Shown in pieces: positions 47,336 to 62,125 of a DNA stretch of 64,000 nt; the first letter of the stretch is position 1; each line of letters begins with the position of its first letter. The stretch is from Tubulanus polymorphus. Lineage: Eukaryota; Animalia; Nemertea. Location: NCBI RefSeq assembly GCF_964204645.1, contig NC_134036.1:11201859-11265858 (forward strand), in the 5' to 3' direction. The notes under the pieces were generated by a model. That model saw only the letters and a list, made by a program, of their open reading frames with translations. It did not search any database and was not told the DNA's origin. The translations under genes were made by a program, and so were the position numbers.

Positions 47336-48363
47336 CATTAAGTTTTTTGGTCGAACAGTGTGTTAAGGTCCTTTTGGAAATTTACTCGGTCTGGTATATT
47401 TTGGATTACTGTGTATGTCATTTGTCAGGACATTAAACAGAACACGACTTAGGATACTACCTTGCGTTACTCCACTAGTTAGACCGTCTCATTCCAAGAT
47501 GAGGCGTTCCGTTGATTTCGGTTACAAGTTTCCGTTCAGAGATAACTGCTGAGCCATTTGGGCGACCTATCATTGATACTGTTTCCTAATAGCCTGTTTA
47601 GTAATGGCTGATGTTGAGCCTTATCAAATGCTTTGTTGAAATCCACCGTTGAACAGGATTCAGAAAACCCGTTATCGCTGCTTTGCAGCTATATTTCTGA
47701 TTTTGAATTTTCATTCCATTGTAGTCAGTGCTTTTCTTAAATCGATGAAACGGTAGATCCTAATTCCAAGGGCATTAGCCTCATGAAAGTGTTCTAGTTT
47801 GCTGTAAGACGATTGGCATCGTATGAAACGACACGCCAATCAAATAAAATATTTGGCCTGTAACCCAAAAAATTGAGCTGCTAATCCAGGTTACTGGATA
47901 CGGATTCCAACACGTTCGTTATACAGTCAAATTTTCATTAAGTTGATAGAATATCCCTAATCATTCTGACTGAATCAGGTTTACACATGATTTGGCCTAA
48001 TACTACAGTTAACTTCCGGGAGTTGACTTATCCGGTTTGATCAATCTGTGACAACTTAAATGATTATATACTCCAATTTATTTAAAAAAAAGAAACATCG
48101 TTATACCCCAATTTATTTCAAAAAGAATCATCTTCATGCAAATTATGGTCTCGAACAATGAAACGGCATTTCTGTATTGTTTTCGATATTAACAATGAAC
48201 AGATCGAACAAAAGCTTATCATCAGGAATCACGTGGACCTAAAACCGTTTCATAAACATCTGCAATTGCATGACACACCTCCAAAATGAAATGAAATGAG
48301 GTCCTCGACGATGTTGCTGTAGGATTGCCGTAGGCCTAATGGCTGTGACTGAAGATTTGGGCC

Positions 48364-48840
48364 TTCTAAAGTACGAAACTACGAAATTACGAAATATGAA
48401 ACGAAATAACGAAATGCTAAAGTACGAAACGAAATACGTCACGAAATGCTAAACTACGAAACGAAATGGCCATTCTTTCACGGGTCCTGCTTAATTATGA
48501 AATGAAATACGAAACTAAATTGAATTTTTTTGCTACAGTAGCGCGAAGAGCTGGCTCGTGGAGCTGGCTTAAACATACGCAATGATGTAGTGTGACGGGG
48601 TTCCACACCGTGGACCGTTTCAAAAGGCCAATACGCTAAAAACCATCCAGTTGAAGAATGTAAATTCTTGAATAATTTCAAAAGATCATTTACATGTACC
48701 GCAAAACTTTGACATCCCGTGGCGTTATGAGCATTTGTCAATAGTATGGTCGTATTTCATGACCATTTCTTTGTATTTCATTTCGTAATTAAGCACTTCT
48801 CGCAAAATTTCGTATTTCGTAGTTCGTATTTCGTAGAGAA
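48364..48840. mobile_element. Foldback/MITE-like element with (ACGAAAT)n inverted arms
   Basis: TACGAAA repeats at 48370-48470 and the complementary TTTCGTA repeats at 48780-48836. Confidence 0.55.
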
Positions 48841-49026
48841 TTAGGGTTAAGGTTATAGAGAGTGATAAATGATAGTGATTACAGATGGTGTTAATAGATC
48901 TTCACGTTTTTGGATTCTTTTCAGCAAAAGGAATGAGTTGGCTATCACTATATATGTAACCAGAATTTAGGATTTCCAAAAATATCAAAATGCTTACATA
49001 TTTATGTCAAATTCTAGGTCAGGATC

Positions 49027-49456
49027 ATGCTTACTTATCTCATGACTCGAATGTGTGTTATTGTTATGCTTGTGGGCAGTGGCGCGTCGTGGTCCTCAGG
49101 TGAGTACCGACTGGCGAAATGATTTACAATTCACAATTTCTTAGAATTATATGAATAATATAAAAATGAAAGTCGCCTCCATCAGTAATATGTGTTAGTT
49201 GTTTATCGATATAACGAATTAATTTGTTAAATAGCATTTTCAGTGATTTTACTAAAATAGATTTGTTGTTAACGAGGGACATCTATTATCCCAACCAATT
49301 ATTTCTTTTAATTCAAGTAAAATAGTGTGTCACTTAAAAAAGGCCCCTGCCAATATCATGCTTTTTGGATGTATAGGTTGCACAGTAAAATCCGGGATAT
49401 GTTTCTGGAGTGCCGAGTGTTGCAGTAACAAATGTAAAAACGGATTTTGTTCCTAA
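49027..49456 (+). CDS. Secreted knottin/ICK-framework peptide, 50 aa, exons 49027-49099 and 49377-49456
   Basis: MLTYLMTRMCVIVMLVGSGASWSS|GCTVKSGICFWSAECCSNKCKNGFCS; GTGAGT..TAG phase-1 intron; AATAAA at 49622. Confidence 0.88.
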
Positions 49457-52400
49457 TCGGCATAGATAAGGGTTTTAATCGGATTTACTTGTGGTGGTAT
49501 GGAAACTATCCGATAATGAACCCGAAACACTGTCAGATTATCGACTGACAAAGTTGAAAAAGCCGGAATTTATTTACTCATATTTGTAACTCAATTGTCA
49601 AATGTTTTTCTGAAATGATTCAATAAAACTGCGGGTAAATAAAATAGTTTAATGATCCGATTTTGAACTGTTGGGTTAGATCGAGTGGGCTTTTATGGTT
49701 GTTGAATGAACCACAGTGTCGTTACTGTGTTTAACCGTCGTATATGAACTTTTCTATAGATTTACAGTTTCCTATTTATCATAATCAAATGACGTGATTG
49801 TCAATGAACAAAGAATCAGCAGAGAAACAGTAATATACATATATAGAGTAACAAAAATTGTGTATTTTATTTACAGAAAACATACCGTACAATGCATATA
49901 TATTTTCAAACATCAAATCAAATACAATATTCAAAACTCGATTTAACAAACTTCCCCAAATTCATCACGTGAGATTCACTACTCACATAATTGAAAATTC
50001 TACTTATATTACATGCATCAATATTTACCAATTTTATATTCGTCTTGAGATCGCTGAATTTAGTGCTCGTTAGGATTAAAATGCAGCTCATCTTCCACAC
50101 AGTTAAACGTATTACAAATCCTGTCATCTCTACTCAATCCCAGATGTTCGTGTTTTTGCTATCATCAAACTGCGTTATTCTGATAGGATAACTATTCATT
50201 CTAAATGGGCCTCGATATGGTGTAATACACTCTTAGGTAGGGTTCTACCTGCACTTGCCTCTCCAAGGGAGAACACATAAAGGTTCGTCAAAGAAAGTTT
50301 TTTTGTAGGGGTCTTTAAAAACCCCAGGTGAAGGTTCTTTGAAGAACCATTTCGTATAAAGGGTTATTGGAAGAACCCCTTTCAAAATCATTAAATTTTT
50401 CTTGACAGGGTTCTTTGGGGAACAGGTATTTATTTTTAGGGTTCCTAATTCAATTTTTTGACTGCTCTAGCCGTTCGTGATTTGTTCATCCACTGTTAAT
50501 TATTATTAACACGTTAGGTAGTTTCAAAACAAATAAATATTACCGGCATTTCAATAAACTAAGCGCTTCTTGCAAGCTGGCCTCAAATAATCAATAACGA
50601 AGAGAGAACTGCATGCTAAAAGTGAACATCGGATGAACTATTTTTAAAAGTATAGTATTGAAATTAGTAACAATTATAGGTTTATTTTAAGAATTTTAGC
50701 CAAATATTTTTTTTCGGATAATTCGTGTAGTCATTCATCTAGATAATGAGATGAATAGGTCAAAATTCAATCAATGAAAATATAATTTTATCTATATGTT
50801 CCTCCCTTATATAGTTCCTCCCTTATATAGGCTATGTAGACCAGCCTCGAATTTCATTTTGACTTTTATTTCAACAAATAAAAGATTTATCTCATAGATT
50901 AAGAGTGTTTATAATTGCGTATCACAGCAAATATACTTTGGAGGATTCTTCAACTCAAATACTTCAATCGTCTACGTATTCACAAAAAAAATGTTGTATA
51001 CGTAGGATGTAAAGTGGTCAACAGTACCTTTGAACGTCACGTATCACTGCAAATCATCAACAGTTGTGGCTATTTTAAGAGCCACAATTACCATGGGATC
51101 TTTTCTGCAGTATGCTACATGTATCACATAATCACAGCATACAAATGGGTGGGCTACTATCGGAAACAGATATTTAAAAAAAAACTGGAATGAAAAGAAA
51201 ATTTACTTCAGAATGCTTTTAAATGTACTACTGTTACTACAAGTTAGCCAATATCGTTAATTGCTTATTGTTCTTAAGACAGATGTGGCTGTAAAGATTA
51301 TGGAAAGGCATCGAGGCAACGTAGTTAATTGCGTTGGCCTATTGCAGGTATAAGTAGCAATCAGCTCCCGAGAAATGGCTGATCCGAAAACAGTAATATC
51401 AAACTTTACAATTTCTAATTCAGACTGCAAGAAGTTATGTGTACATAAAAGTTAGATGGTTGAGTTATATGCTCGAAACAGGTAAAACTCGTTAATAATC
51501 GTAATTGCTAAACACTTAAACATTGATGGACATAGTATTTGTTCTTGGTCACCAATTCTGTTTCAAAATCCAGCTCATCGATTTTCTACAACAACTTGAG
51601 TTCAAGGAAAACTAGGTTATGAATATTAATGAGCTTACATTAAATGTTCGGCCAGTTAGAATCTAGAAATGATTAATATATATCATCATACTAGATGGCA
51701 TTATTTAGAACATCTCGTTTAATAATTCACTGTCGAATGAATATCAGCAGAAGGATATTTACACACCTGTGACTTCGAAGTTTCTGGTTGTCGATATTTC
51801 TGCTCGATGATTAATTATCGTGAATTGACGATCAAATACATTTCTACCAGTCACCTGTTGCTCTTAGGGATCTGGTTTCAAAAATGTCTGTTTTATGAAC
51901 ACTCATCTTGAATCGATGATCAAACACAGCATAAGTTGCCCTTAAGCTTCCGAAATATCTGCTCGAAGAACACTCATCGTTGATCGATATGCAAATACAT
52001 GTACCGGGTATATCAGTTTTATAGGCAGGACTCGTATGTAATGATGTTTCACAGTCAGTACAACTGATGGAACCTTCATGAAATGTTAATAAATCACCTG
52101 AAGCAGGTCCTTTATCCTTGAACGACGTTGTTCCAACCCATAACAATTTTACCAAACAGGATTAGTTTTCTATTGAGGTATTTCGCGTGACGTCACTACG
52201 TGAATACATATTGAATGATTAGTATCATTCCAAGATTTGACAGACCTGTATTTCTGAGTATAAGTAAAGTCAGTTTAATTAATGACCAGTTGATGTTAGT
52301 TATGCGATGCGTTTGACGAATGTGCATGATAGCCACATATCATTCATCTTTAAATCAATTCCAACCATAACACGGGACTGAATTGGTCACATTTAGTTAT

Positions 52401-54618
52401 TCGAAGAAATTTCTCTTCGATTATACTTATTATGGAAAGTCATCTATGTAAAATTGAACTGCTACAGAGTCTGAGTTGTTAGACCGCAAAATCTTCAAAT
52501 ACTAGATTGGTTTTTGGCGTAGGCCTACTATGAAAACAAGAGATATAAAAAGTTAAATTTCTATGTGCATATGAAATCGGTATTACTGTTTTTAAACCAC
52601 AAAACCAACTGTATATAATTCGATTCATAATACTATTGATTAAAACTGGACTCGTCTCTCCCTATAAAGTATTTGCTCGAATCAAGTGCCGAAAAGTGAC
52701 CATATGCTGAATTAACTGCACAGTTCGGAACATGGAAATTCTACCGAAGCAACAGTGGTTTCCAATTATCGTCAAAAATACGTTCTAGATTCTACATAGA
52801 ATTAAGATGGTGGGTGTCTTGTTGAATTGTTCAGATAATTTAAAGAAAAAATTAAAGTAAATGCTTTAGTATCGCTATGTCTTTGATCTATCGTCCGTAC
52901 CTGTCAAGGATCTCATTTTGACGGAATGAAATTTCTTAAATTTGAAAGACCAGTATTTCAGGGTAAAATCATATTAACTGCCATCGACAACCAGATTACG
53001 GTCAATTTTACCCGAAACGTGAGGCGAATGTGCAGGATATCTAAACACACTGAATGACTGCGGTCTGCGATATCTATTCGGCAGTCTAGATTGCATCTTT
53101 TGGCCGGAAGAATTACGCGCAGCTCAATTCGACAATTCGAAAAAAATGATCCTGTCGTCGCTTTACAATCATAGACGTAAGGCAGGTGCGTTACTAGTCA
53201 GAATGGTGTGTTCTATACACGCGCAGTACATCAGCGAAAATGATAAAATAGTATATGAAAACTAATATCAGTGACAGCTCAATAAATATAATGATTTCCT
53301 ATGAAACCAATGAAAAACAATGTACTTATGATCGACTCTCTACGAGTACATGGTGATGCGCGTGCATCGATTATGTGTACTGGGTGCGTATTGAGACAGC
53401 TTAACAAAACATCGATATGAGTTCCAATCAATATCGCTGGAGTGACGGGTGGGTGCGTATTGATTCAGCTGAAAATAGAACTGCAGTGGCAAAACTGTAA
53501 ATTTGCGATTCATTTCTACTCATAATTGTAGATAAAATTTCCAATTCTTCATAATTATCTCATATTCAACAATTTTAATACTGTAAATTGTATAATCTAT
53601 TGAAGATGAAAGCCATCTTGGATAAAATCAATAGCGAGCCATGTAAACATTGGAGACGTTGTCTGCCGCTCAGAGACGGGAATCATCTAAATCACGATTG
53701 AAACCCCGATTATACTCCCGTCAGTGTGGTATCTACGTTTATATAACAACCAACTGTGTGAAACAAAGCCAAACAATTGTGGGTGCAGCATTATGCTGCA
53801 TATTAGAAGTGGTGGACATCAACTGATGAAAAACAAAGAATAACAGCAGGAGCATGTAGTGCAGAATCCCGAAGGAACGTCTCCTGCGACGACAACATAG
53901 TTGCGTACAAAACCCATTTTTGAAAAGAATTTGAAATCTGCCCGCTTTCACGATAACACATGTACATAAAAAAGTTAACTGCAGGTTCCCTTTGACAAAA
54001 TATCAAGTTTCAATCAATATCAAGCTGTGCAATTATTAGTATACTTTCAATTTGTATTTGAAACACATAAAATATTGCGCGCAGTATATTTTATTCATTC
54101 GTCGACTCCCCGAGAGAACGGTTTCATTTGGAAAAGAAAATACATTGGAAGAAGTTACTGAGGTAAGCCATGTTATGAAGAATTTACCTCTCATGATTCA
54201 TTATCAAAAGTAAATTACGTAACTTTTGTTTTAAAACGCTAACGATGTTGTCACCCGCACTTTGAGAAATAATCTATCGCTGAAAGTCAGATGACTACGA
54301 AACGATAAGTGTATGCGAATTCATGGATTTTAAGTCAAATATTATTATTCCTGCTCTAGTTACTCTATCATTTATAAAAACGGATGTTCATTTTTTTACC
54401 GGAACTGTGCGCAAGGCAGGAAACCAGTAATCCCTTCGTTGCACTATGTCTATTATCAGTTTTTGTTCTCTCAAGCAGCAAAATTTTAAACCCGGTAGAG
54501 TTCCTGACAAAAGAATTATTTTCCGAGAGCCTATTCAAAACTGTAATAATCCTTTGAAATTGAAACCCTAAAATTCCAAATTGCTAATTCATTTTGATCC
54601 AAATTCTAGGCGCCGAAG

Positions 54619-54984
54619 ATGTTTGCTGATTTGAGATATCGCGTATATGCTATTGCTGCCATTGTGGTCAGTGTCGCAACATTTGCACAATCATATGGTG
54701 AGTAACGACTGGGAAATAACACACAATTTCAAAGGATTTCATAGAATTACATCTATTTAATCAGTAATCATTTAATAGTTATTCATCGATCGAATGAATC
54801 TATTTGATGGAATGTATTTCAGAGATAATTTGCGTACAATTTCTAAGTAAAATAAGTGTTTCACTTACGTTCCGATTTTAATTTCATGCTGTTAGGATAT
54901 AACGAGTGCACAGAAAAGTTCACATTGTGTAACGGTGATAGTGATTGTTGCGACAACAACTGTAACGGTGGGATATGTTCCTAA
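54619..54984 (+). CDS. Secreted knottin/ICK-framework peptide paralog, 55 aa, exons 54619-54697 and 54896-54984
   Basis: MFADLRYRVYAIAAIVVSVATFAQSY|GYNECTEKFTLCNGDSDCCDNNCNGGICS; same intron phase; homologous 3' UTR; AATAAA at 55172. Confidence 0.88.
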
Positions 54985-55539
54985 TCGTTGGTGAATAGAG
55001 ATAAGGGCTGATAATGGGATATACCTGCGGTGGTTTGGGAAATATCCGATTATGAAACTGACCCACAGTCAGGTTACTGCCTCACTAGGTCGAGCCCGTA
55101 AAGAAACAACTCGAATTTAACAATCGAATTTACAACTGTAACTCGTTAAATCGCGTGTTATAATTAGATTCAATAAAACTGCGAGTAAAAAAATCAATTA
55201 TCGGTTTGTTCATGGTTCGTCGGCAGTACAAAAACTCCAAATGAATTTTTCCAATTCAATGTTAAACGCATTTCAAATGTTTTAATACGTTTTCTGTTAG
55301 TATCAAAACGGTCCCCAGTCCCGAAGAAATGAATGATTAACAGCATATAACCGTACAAACGCGCCAAATAAACGACTTAACGCTTTATTTGCGGATAGGC
55401 GTGAGCTGGTACTGTGGATTTTGTGGAATACTTCCGGCTTCGAGCAGCATTCTGGGAATCCTGAAAGGTCCGATTGTTTCACAAGGGAAAATAAAATCGT
55501 ATGTTTTTTGAATGTTAGTTGCAAGTTGTAACCTTTCAC

Positions 55540-57773
55540 AATGACGAGTCCCGGTCACTAAATGTATTAACTATACATCTCAGCCTTATGGAAGCAAAGC
55601 CAGTCACAAGGGCGGAAGAGCAGAAAACTTTTTAATAAGCAATTACACGTCGTAGTAAAAAAATTATGCCAGTTCACTGTACATATGGAAATACCCGGTA
55701 CTAAATTAACAGCAGAGCGACTTGAGCAGCCAAGTTATATCCGGGATAATTAAAGAAAACTAATACTGGTGACAAAGGAGACATTTGGGAAAAAGAGGAA
55801 AGGATCCAATACTTATACCCGATGATCAGGCAACAGTAATGTATCAAAGAACACTAGAAAGCTTTACGTCGGATTGAAACGTAAGCAAGGAATCACATTC
55901 CAAATTGTTACAGCTGGCAGCGGTGGTGGGACTTCCAATCTGGAATTTCCCAAGGATTTCACTTTAGATCAATTGAAGCGAGCTATCGAGACGCATTATT
56001 TTCCAGATGGAAAATCAGAAGCAATGTCACTAGATTTATGCGATGTTTTAAGCTTTTTGGGCAACTTTACTGGACAAAAGATGAAGGATTTTTTGCCGTC
56101 TGGAAAACCATTTAATTAGATGAATACATAAAGGAGCAAATAGTTCACCCTGTTCGTATTTATTGAACACAAAGAATATAGAAGAAGATGAACATTTGTC
56201 GGATACAGATCTGGATACAATGTGTCCTTAGGACAGTACCAGTGGTGAAAGAGATGGAGACCTCTGCCGTGGTTCCGAGTCATTTGTGTCAACATTTGCG
56301 ATAGAAACGAATACATTTGAAAATTCTGCGACAGTTTTTTACGACTATTACTCCTACACGAAATAGACCGCTATTCCTGCTGCCGACAGTAATAACGAAT
56401 GAACTAGAAAATTCCGCGACACCGATTCTTACTACAACTTCCGATTCCTACACAATATGCACCGCCATTTTCAGCCTTCCTGCCAACAAAAAATCAACTT
56501 GAAAATCTCACAATGCCAATGAGTGATGAAGATACTGTAGCAGATGAGAGTACAATTACAAATACTGGTACCAGTTTAAAAAGGTAAAATTAAAAAAGTT
56601 TTCAGATTCCATAAAGAATAATTTAACAATGATAAAAAAAAATAGTTTTTTAGCTAGTATCCGTACAAAGGCTGGCCTGGGGCAACCGCCTCTACTGTAT
56701 TATACAAATTCAACCGAAAGTACAAATTCACGGATGAGAAATTGGATGCAAAATCGTGAGTATGGACTCTGTGCATTCATCCAGTCAATGAAAAAATGAT
56801 AGTCAGCGAAAGAGAAGAGCTTTATCGGGCATATGCTGATACTTCTGAGAGATTTTCTGTGAGAGTTTTGAATTCCATATTTTGTGTAAAGACCTATTTA
56901 AATTGACTCATCCTAAACGCATTGAGCATTTATCTATGATTCGAACTCAGACAATGCATGCTCTATTTAACCTTAATGATACACCCCTCATAAATGTTCC
57001 CACTCCTAATTTGAGTATTTCGGCTAATGATGCAAAACAAAAGTTTGGAATTCATATTTCTGAGAGCCTGTTATCGTCCTTGTGGCACAAAGCCGATAAT
57101 TTAATGACTTCAAATGATTCAATTGCCATTGCTCCATCAAATTCCCATATTGTTTTGAAATATAGTATAATTAGCGAGAGTTCTGTTTTCAATAACTATG
57201 TTAACCTATGCACATTAAGCGGGAAATGTTTGTGTACTTGTAGATCTTATTCCTACCATTCTATATGTTCACATACCATTGCAGCTGCCGAAAAGGCTAA
57301 ACGATTAGAAAATTACTTAAGATGGCATAAATCTTTAAAAAAAATAACAATTTTAGAATAGCTACAACCGATATAAATATTCAGTCATGTGGCACGAAAG
57401 GAAATATTCCGAGAAGATTCAGTGAAAACTAAGTACAGCCTCCATCAGCATCCCTTAAATCAAATGTAAATGAATTTGCGTTGACATTTTGCAAGGTCTA
57501 ATCCGTAAATGCTATGGATGTGGAATAGGATTTCCACATAAAAGTGATGATTTAATTGTTAGAAAGTGGGACTTCCGAACTTTTACGCACCCCAATACCG
57601 GTGTCCTCACTACAAGCTCAAAACCACAGAAAACCTTTTATCACTTAGATACAGCTTGTATTAGAAGAAAATATCGACCTTTTTCTCCTACTTCTCTTAC
57701 AGTTAGCATGGACGTGCAACACAATATGACTTCAAATCATGAAGACAAGTTAAACACATTTTTGGATTCATAG
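55540..57773 (+). pseudogene. Degraded MULE-like/SWIM zinc-finger transposon coding region
   Basis: AGLGQPP..YTNSTES.N at ~56670, SWIM finger CTCRSY..ICSH, C-terminal KCYGC..FYHL..CI; stops and frameshifts throughout. Confidence 0.6.
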
Positions 57774-59151
57774 ATTGGCACGCACTTAGGCTACTCAAAA
57801 GTTTCTAACAATTAAATCATCACTTTCATGTGATCGCACTCGCTTATAAAAGTGCAGTTCGCGCATTATGTTCGTTTGTGCATTTATGATAAAATGAATT
57901 TGTTGAACAATATTAATAAAAAAATGAGTTGTTTTTGAGAAGTTACGATAAAATAAACAAATTTTCATACAAAAAAATTGAGTTGGTTACGTTTGATGGT
58001 GATTCTTATTTGGTGGTGGTTCTTGTTGAGTGATGAAAACGTTTCCCTGTGTAGACTAAAACGGCACTTTAAAATAATTAAACTTGTCCTAGGAAAAACA
58101 TTTGGTCCACAGTTCTGAGTTAAGATTTGACCCTGGGTTAAAACATTGACAATGAACTAACTTAAACTCAGAGTTAACTCTAACTCATGACTGTGGAACT
58201 GGGTCTTGATGTCTAGGTACTCCTAGGAAAAAAAATGCCAATGTACGGCCGTATCTGCACGTTGTTGAGAAACAGTGTCCGGTGTTTTAAGTTTCCAGTG
58301 TTTGAGTTTCCGCTATATTCGAATTACCCTGAAATTGCCCCCTAGAAGACTGGTTGCCTCCCCCCTATACAGAAAATAATAACTTTCATTTATAAGGCTG
58401 TTTGTTAATATATTTCGTTTAGTAGTAAAGATGGAGTGCTTCATCATGATGAGTAACAATAATCAGTTTTTGGCGGGGGGTAATTTTACCAGGAGATAAT
58501 TTGACTAGGGGATAATTGTTTAAGGGAAAATTTGACAAGGCGGCAATTGTCGGGAGACAGTAAACCGGGGGCAATTTGTACGGGGGTGAATTGTCCTAGA
58601 GCACTATACTTGATTTCATCCATGACAACTGTCAAATTTGACGTTGACTTTTGCTGGAGGCAGTCACAGAATCATCATTAACGCTAATCCGTGTACACTG
58701 ACGAATTCCCACAATTCGAATTTTTAATTCGATAAAATTTATTATTATGAAACCACTGCTGCTACACTAACAGATGGGTTTTTTGTAAAACTAGGTTTAC
58801 AAAATCAAAGGCTTTTGTACCGTTGAAGATATCAATGATATACATCATTCCACGTTTATACATTTCGTCTCTAAAACGCTTGAATTCATCCATTGTGTAA
58901 AACTAAACTTGAGTCGTCTGCACGTGTTACAGTTACACCAGGGGCGTACTCTTGCATCAGATCGGAGAATCCGTTTGCATCAAATCGTACTCTATTATTG
59001 GTCACGTGACTTTTTGGAGAGTCCAAACCTCCTTTCTGTCGAGGTGGTGTGATTCGGATTTTGTGTGAAGCCAACTGGAGACTTTTGAGGCCTTAATAGA
59101 GTACGCCCCAGTTCGATGATTTTACGCGCGTTGCGATGAAGAAAATACTCG

Positions 59152-60336
59152 CGGTGTTGTCATATCGCGGAAAGACGGAATCGCGAAATTTTCCAAAAAC
59201 GCGGAATTTCTTCATTCTACTTTAAATAGTAAACGGGTTTTCCCACGGGGATACCCACTGTCGGACAAGGCACCGGACCGATCGATGCAACGAGTTAAGT
59301 TCGAACCCCATTATTTGCAGGCAATTTTATATGGAATTATTATATTACGATACCGTTGACTGAGCCAAATTCGGTTTTCGTATCTAGTCGACTAGTAGTC
59401 GGAACTAATAACCGAATGCGCTTGATTTTCGAACTATTTCCGGAATATAGTTCCGACTATCGGACATTCGGTTTCGTTTAGTTCGACTATACTCGACTAA
59501 CTCAGATAACCGAAGGTGGCCCTAGAAGAAGTCAGAATCAAGTGGGGTGAAAGAGACCAGGCACCTAATGTCTATTTCTACTAGGCAAACTTCGGTTATC
59601 GAAGTTCATCGACTTTTTGAGAACTTCAGAAACGAATATTATCAGATAAATATTGAGCACGTTCGCGGTGTCGGACCGTAGTTGTAGATGGTTGCAAACA
59701 TGAAATCCTACGACCAAACAAGTACCGGTTCAAATTCCTTTGAAATTATTATAATTTTACGGCCGTCCTGTACCGGTACTAATAAGATTCATTTGATCCA
59801 AATAATCGGCATAGGGACATATATGTTATAGCAGTCACAAAGTAAACATTAAAAAAAAACGAAACCATTTTATAATCTTTCATATCATTTAATTCAAAAA
59901 GATAAACCACATTCGCTTATAACAACAATGTAGACACACAACACGCATGAACAATCCTAAGCCAGAATGAAATATACATATTGTCTATTTATTTTCGTCT
60001 GACATCGATCCAGTTCCACAGTTGTGAGTTAACTCTCAGTTACTTAGAATCAATTCATTTCCAATGTTTTAAATCCAGAGACCAGAGTCAAATCTTATGC
60101 AATCACGTATTGCCTAGGTTCTCCATTATTTGGAACAGTATCGTTAAGTTGTTGACTGGCGATATAATAAATTATCAAATACTAATTCCCGGTGTTGAAA
60201 ACCTGGGTCCGGTGCCCTGTCCGACAGTGGGTATCCCCGTGGGAAAAACCCCGTTTACTATCTATAGTAAAAATGAAGAAATTCCGCGTTTTTGGAAAAT
60301 TCCGCGATTCCGCCTTTCCGCGAGATGACAACACCG
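59152..60336. mobile_element. Non-autonomous TIR element with ~130-bp TIRs and 9-bp TSD
   Basis: CGGTGTTGTCAT...GCACCGGACC (59152-59279) inverted at 60207-60336; AAATACTCG at 59143-59151 and 60337-60345. Confidence 0.88.
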
Positions 60337-60649
60337 AAATACTCGGCACCACCGAATCGATAACAAATAGCGAATAACGTTTAGCGATTGACGAACAGCG
60401 TGGCGGTCCAGGAATTCCGTACGGTTGAGGTTTGCAAAAAGAGAGATCCTGAAAATATATACATACAAGCATTCATAGAATATGCATTTTACGTGACGCA
60501 TTGGTAGGTGTTCCATTTCATAGATTACAGGTTTCTCTCTCACGATGAATTTCAGTTCGCAGACGACTTCACTACTCTTTACAACTACTAGAAATCCCTG
60601 CCCACTTTACTTATTCAAAAACGTCTATCAGCGTAAGACTAGCTGGAGG

Positions 60650-61030
60650 TTTCCCTATCAGTATCGTCGGAAAAAATTTGAATAGTTTCAGCATGTGATT
60701 TTACGTCGCCAAACTTCAAATCACATAGCGCTCTATCTTCTGCGATTTCTGGCAGTGGCTGACATAATCTTTCTTACATTTCACATAATTCAAGAGCCTT
60801 TTCGTTTCATTGTCTCCGATTTGACACAGGGGTTCGTGATTCCTACGAGTATGAGTTGGGGTATTCGGCCATGGAACTATCGGGTTGCTTGGTTACCGAG
60901 AACCTCAGTGCAAGTGACAAGGTACTGGATAACTGTACTTAGAAAGGTCTTTTTCTATCGCTATTTATGCGGATTGATGACTTTCCTAGTCCTTTGTACA
61001 AAGAAATCCTGCCTGCCTTATTGCTAATAA
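60650..61030 (+). pseudogene. Degenerate class A GPCR (FMRFamide-receptor-like) fragment
   Basis: ILRR..YLLRFLAVADIIFL (TM2) and QVTRYWITVL (TM3), then disrupted. Confidence 0.65.
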
Positions 61031-62125
61031 TTTTCAACAGCCATCTGATATGGACTCTGAGAAAGATAAGTTCTTGGAGAAAAGAAATTACACACGAAGG
61101 CGATATGTTCTATATGTTCGCAATAAAATACTGATGTTCACTGGTACGACAATGAGATTATGTAGAATTCAGAGGAGACCTCAAAATAACAAGAAGCGAG
61201 TGATTCGAATCATCAATTAAAAAACCGCGTCTTCCAAAAATATACCCGAGAAATATCGACATCAAAACAAACAGCGCGCGCACAAAATCAGCTCAAATAT
61301 CAATAAAATAATTCAACCATATAAAACCAGAAATCTAGGTTACACAGGAATAGGGCCCGACCACGGCTGTACGGCGTTTCGCTTTGATTGTCAATAGCGA
61401 TTATTGATCCACGGCGCGGTCACCTGACCCTCGCGCCTATACTCCAAATGCTTAAGTACGCGATCTAACGGTTTTTCCTAGCTCCCTTAGTGTACTAACA
61501 CGAACGAAGTTGACTTGATGCAATCCCCTGTAGCAGGTTCTTGAGTATATAGACTAGTTCATAAGGGTATTAAACGCCATTTATCTTCGACTCTTTGGCC
61601 GCCGGACCACTTCAAAGTAGACAGAAAATTTAACGAGTCGGGCGATACAAGTTTTTAGTAAGATTCTTTATAAGCGCACAGCGACCGCCGAAGGCGCGAG
61701 CTGGAAGCTCCTTAAGCTAATCGCGCGTATGAGGCAAATTCAAATTTTCTATATTTCTCCATACCGTCCTTCTCAAAAAGAGTTGTTTACATCCGGGACA
61801 CATGGGCATTGGCTAAATCGCGGCAACGAAAATGACGGTCACGGACGAACTTTCGTCGAAACTTGCGGACCGCGTCGCGCGGGTAGTTTAAATACGTGAA
61901 TGAAGGATAACAAAATGATTTTGTGTAATTTTCAGAATATTTACCAAGAATATCCTCAAAATATTGTCAAAAAATGTTATTTTTAGTTCGTATAAAAAAT
62001 GTTATTTTTAGTTCGTATTTCTCCGTAGAAACCGATTGGAAGACTGGATTCGAATCCCACAAAAAGCACAGTCCCTTAGCAACGGGTCGAATTTTTTAGA
62101 ATAACAAGCGCGCCGGTTTCACTAA

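Noticed and set aside
43907-47341. ORFs 43907-44095, 44400-44669 and 47027-47341
   Set aside because: They lie entirely within tandem repeats.
51085-51400. Possible third peptide gene between the two knottins
   Set aside because: Cysteine framework and the shared UTR motifs are absent; stops in candidate frames.
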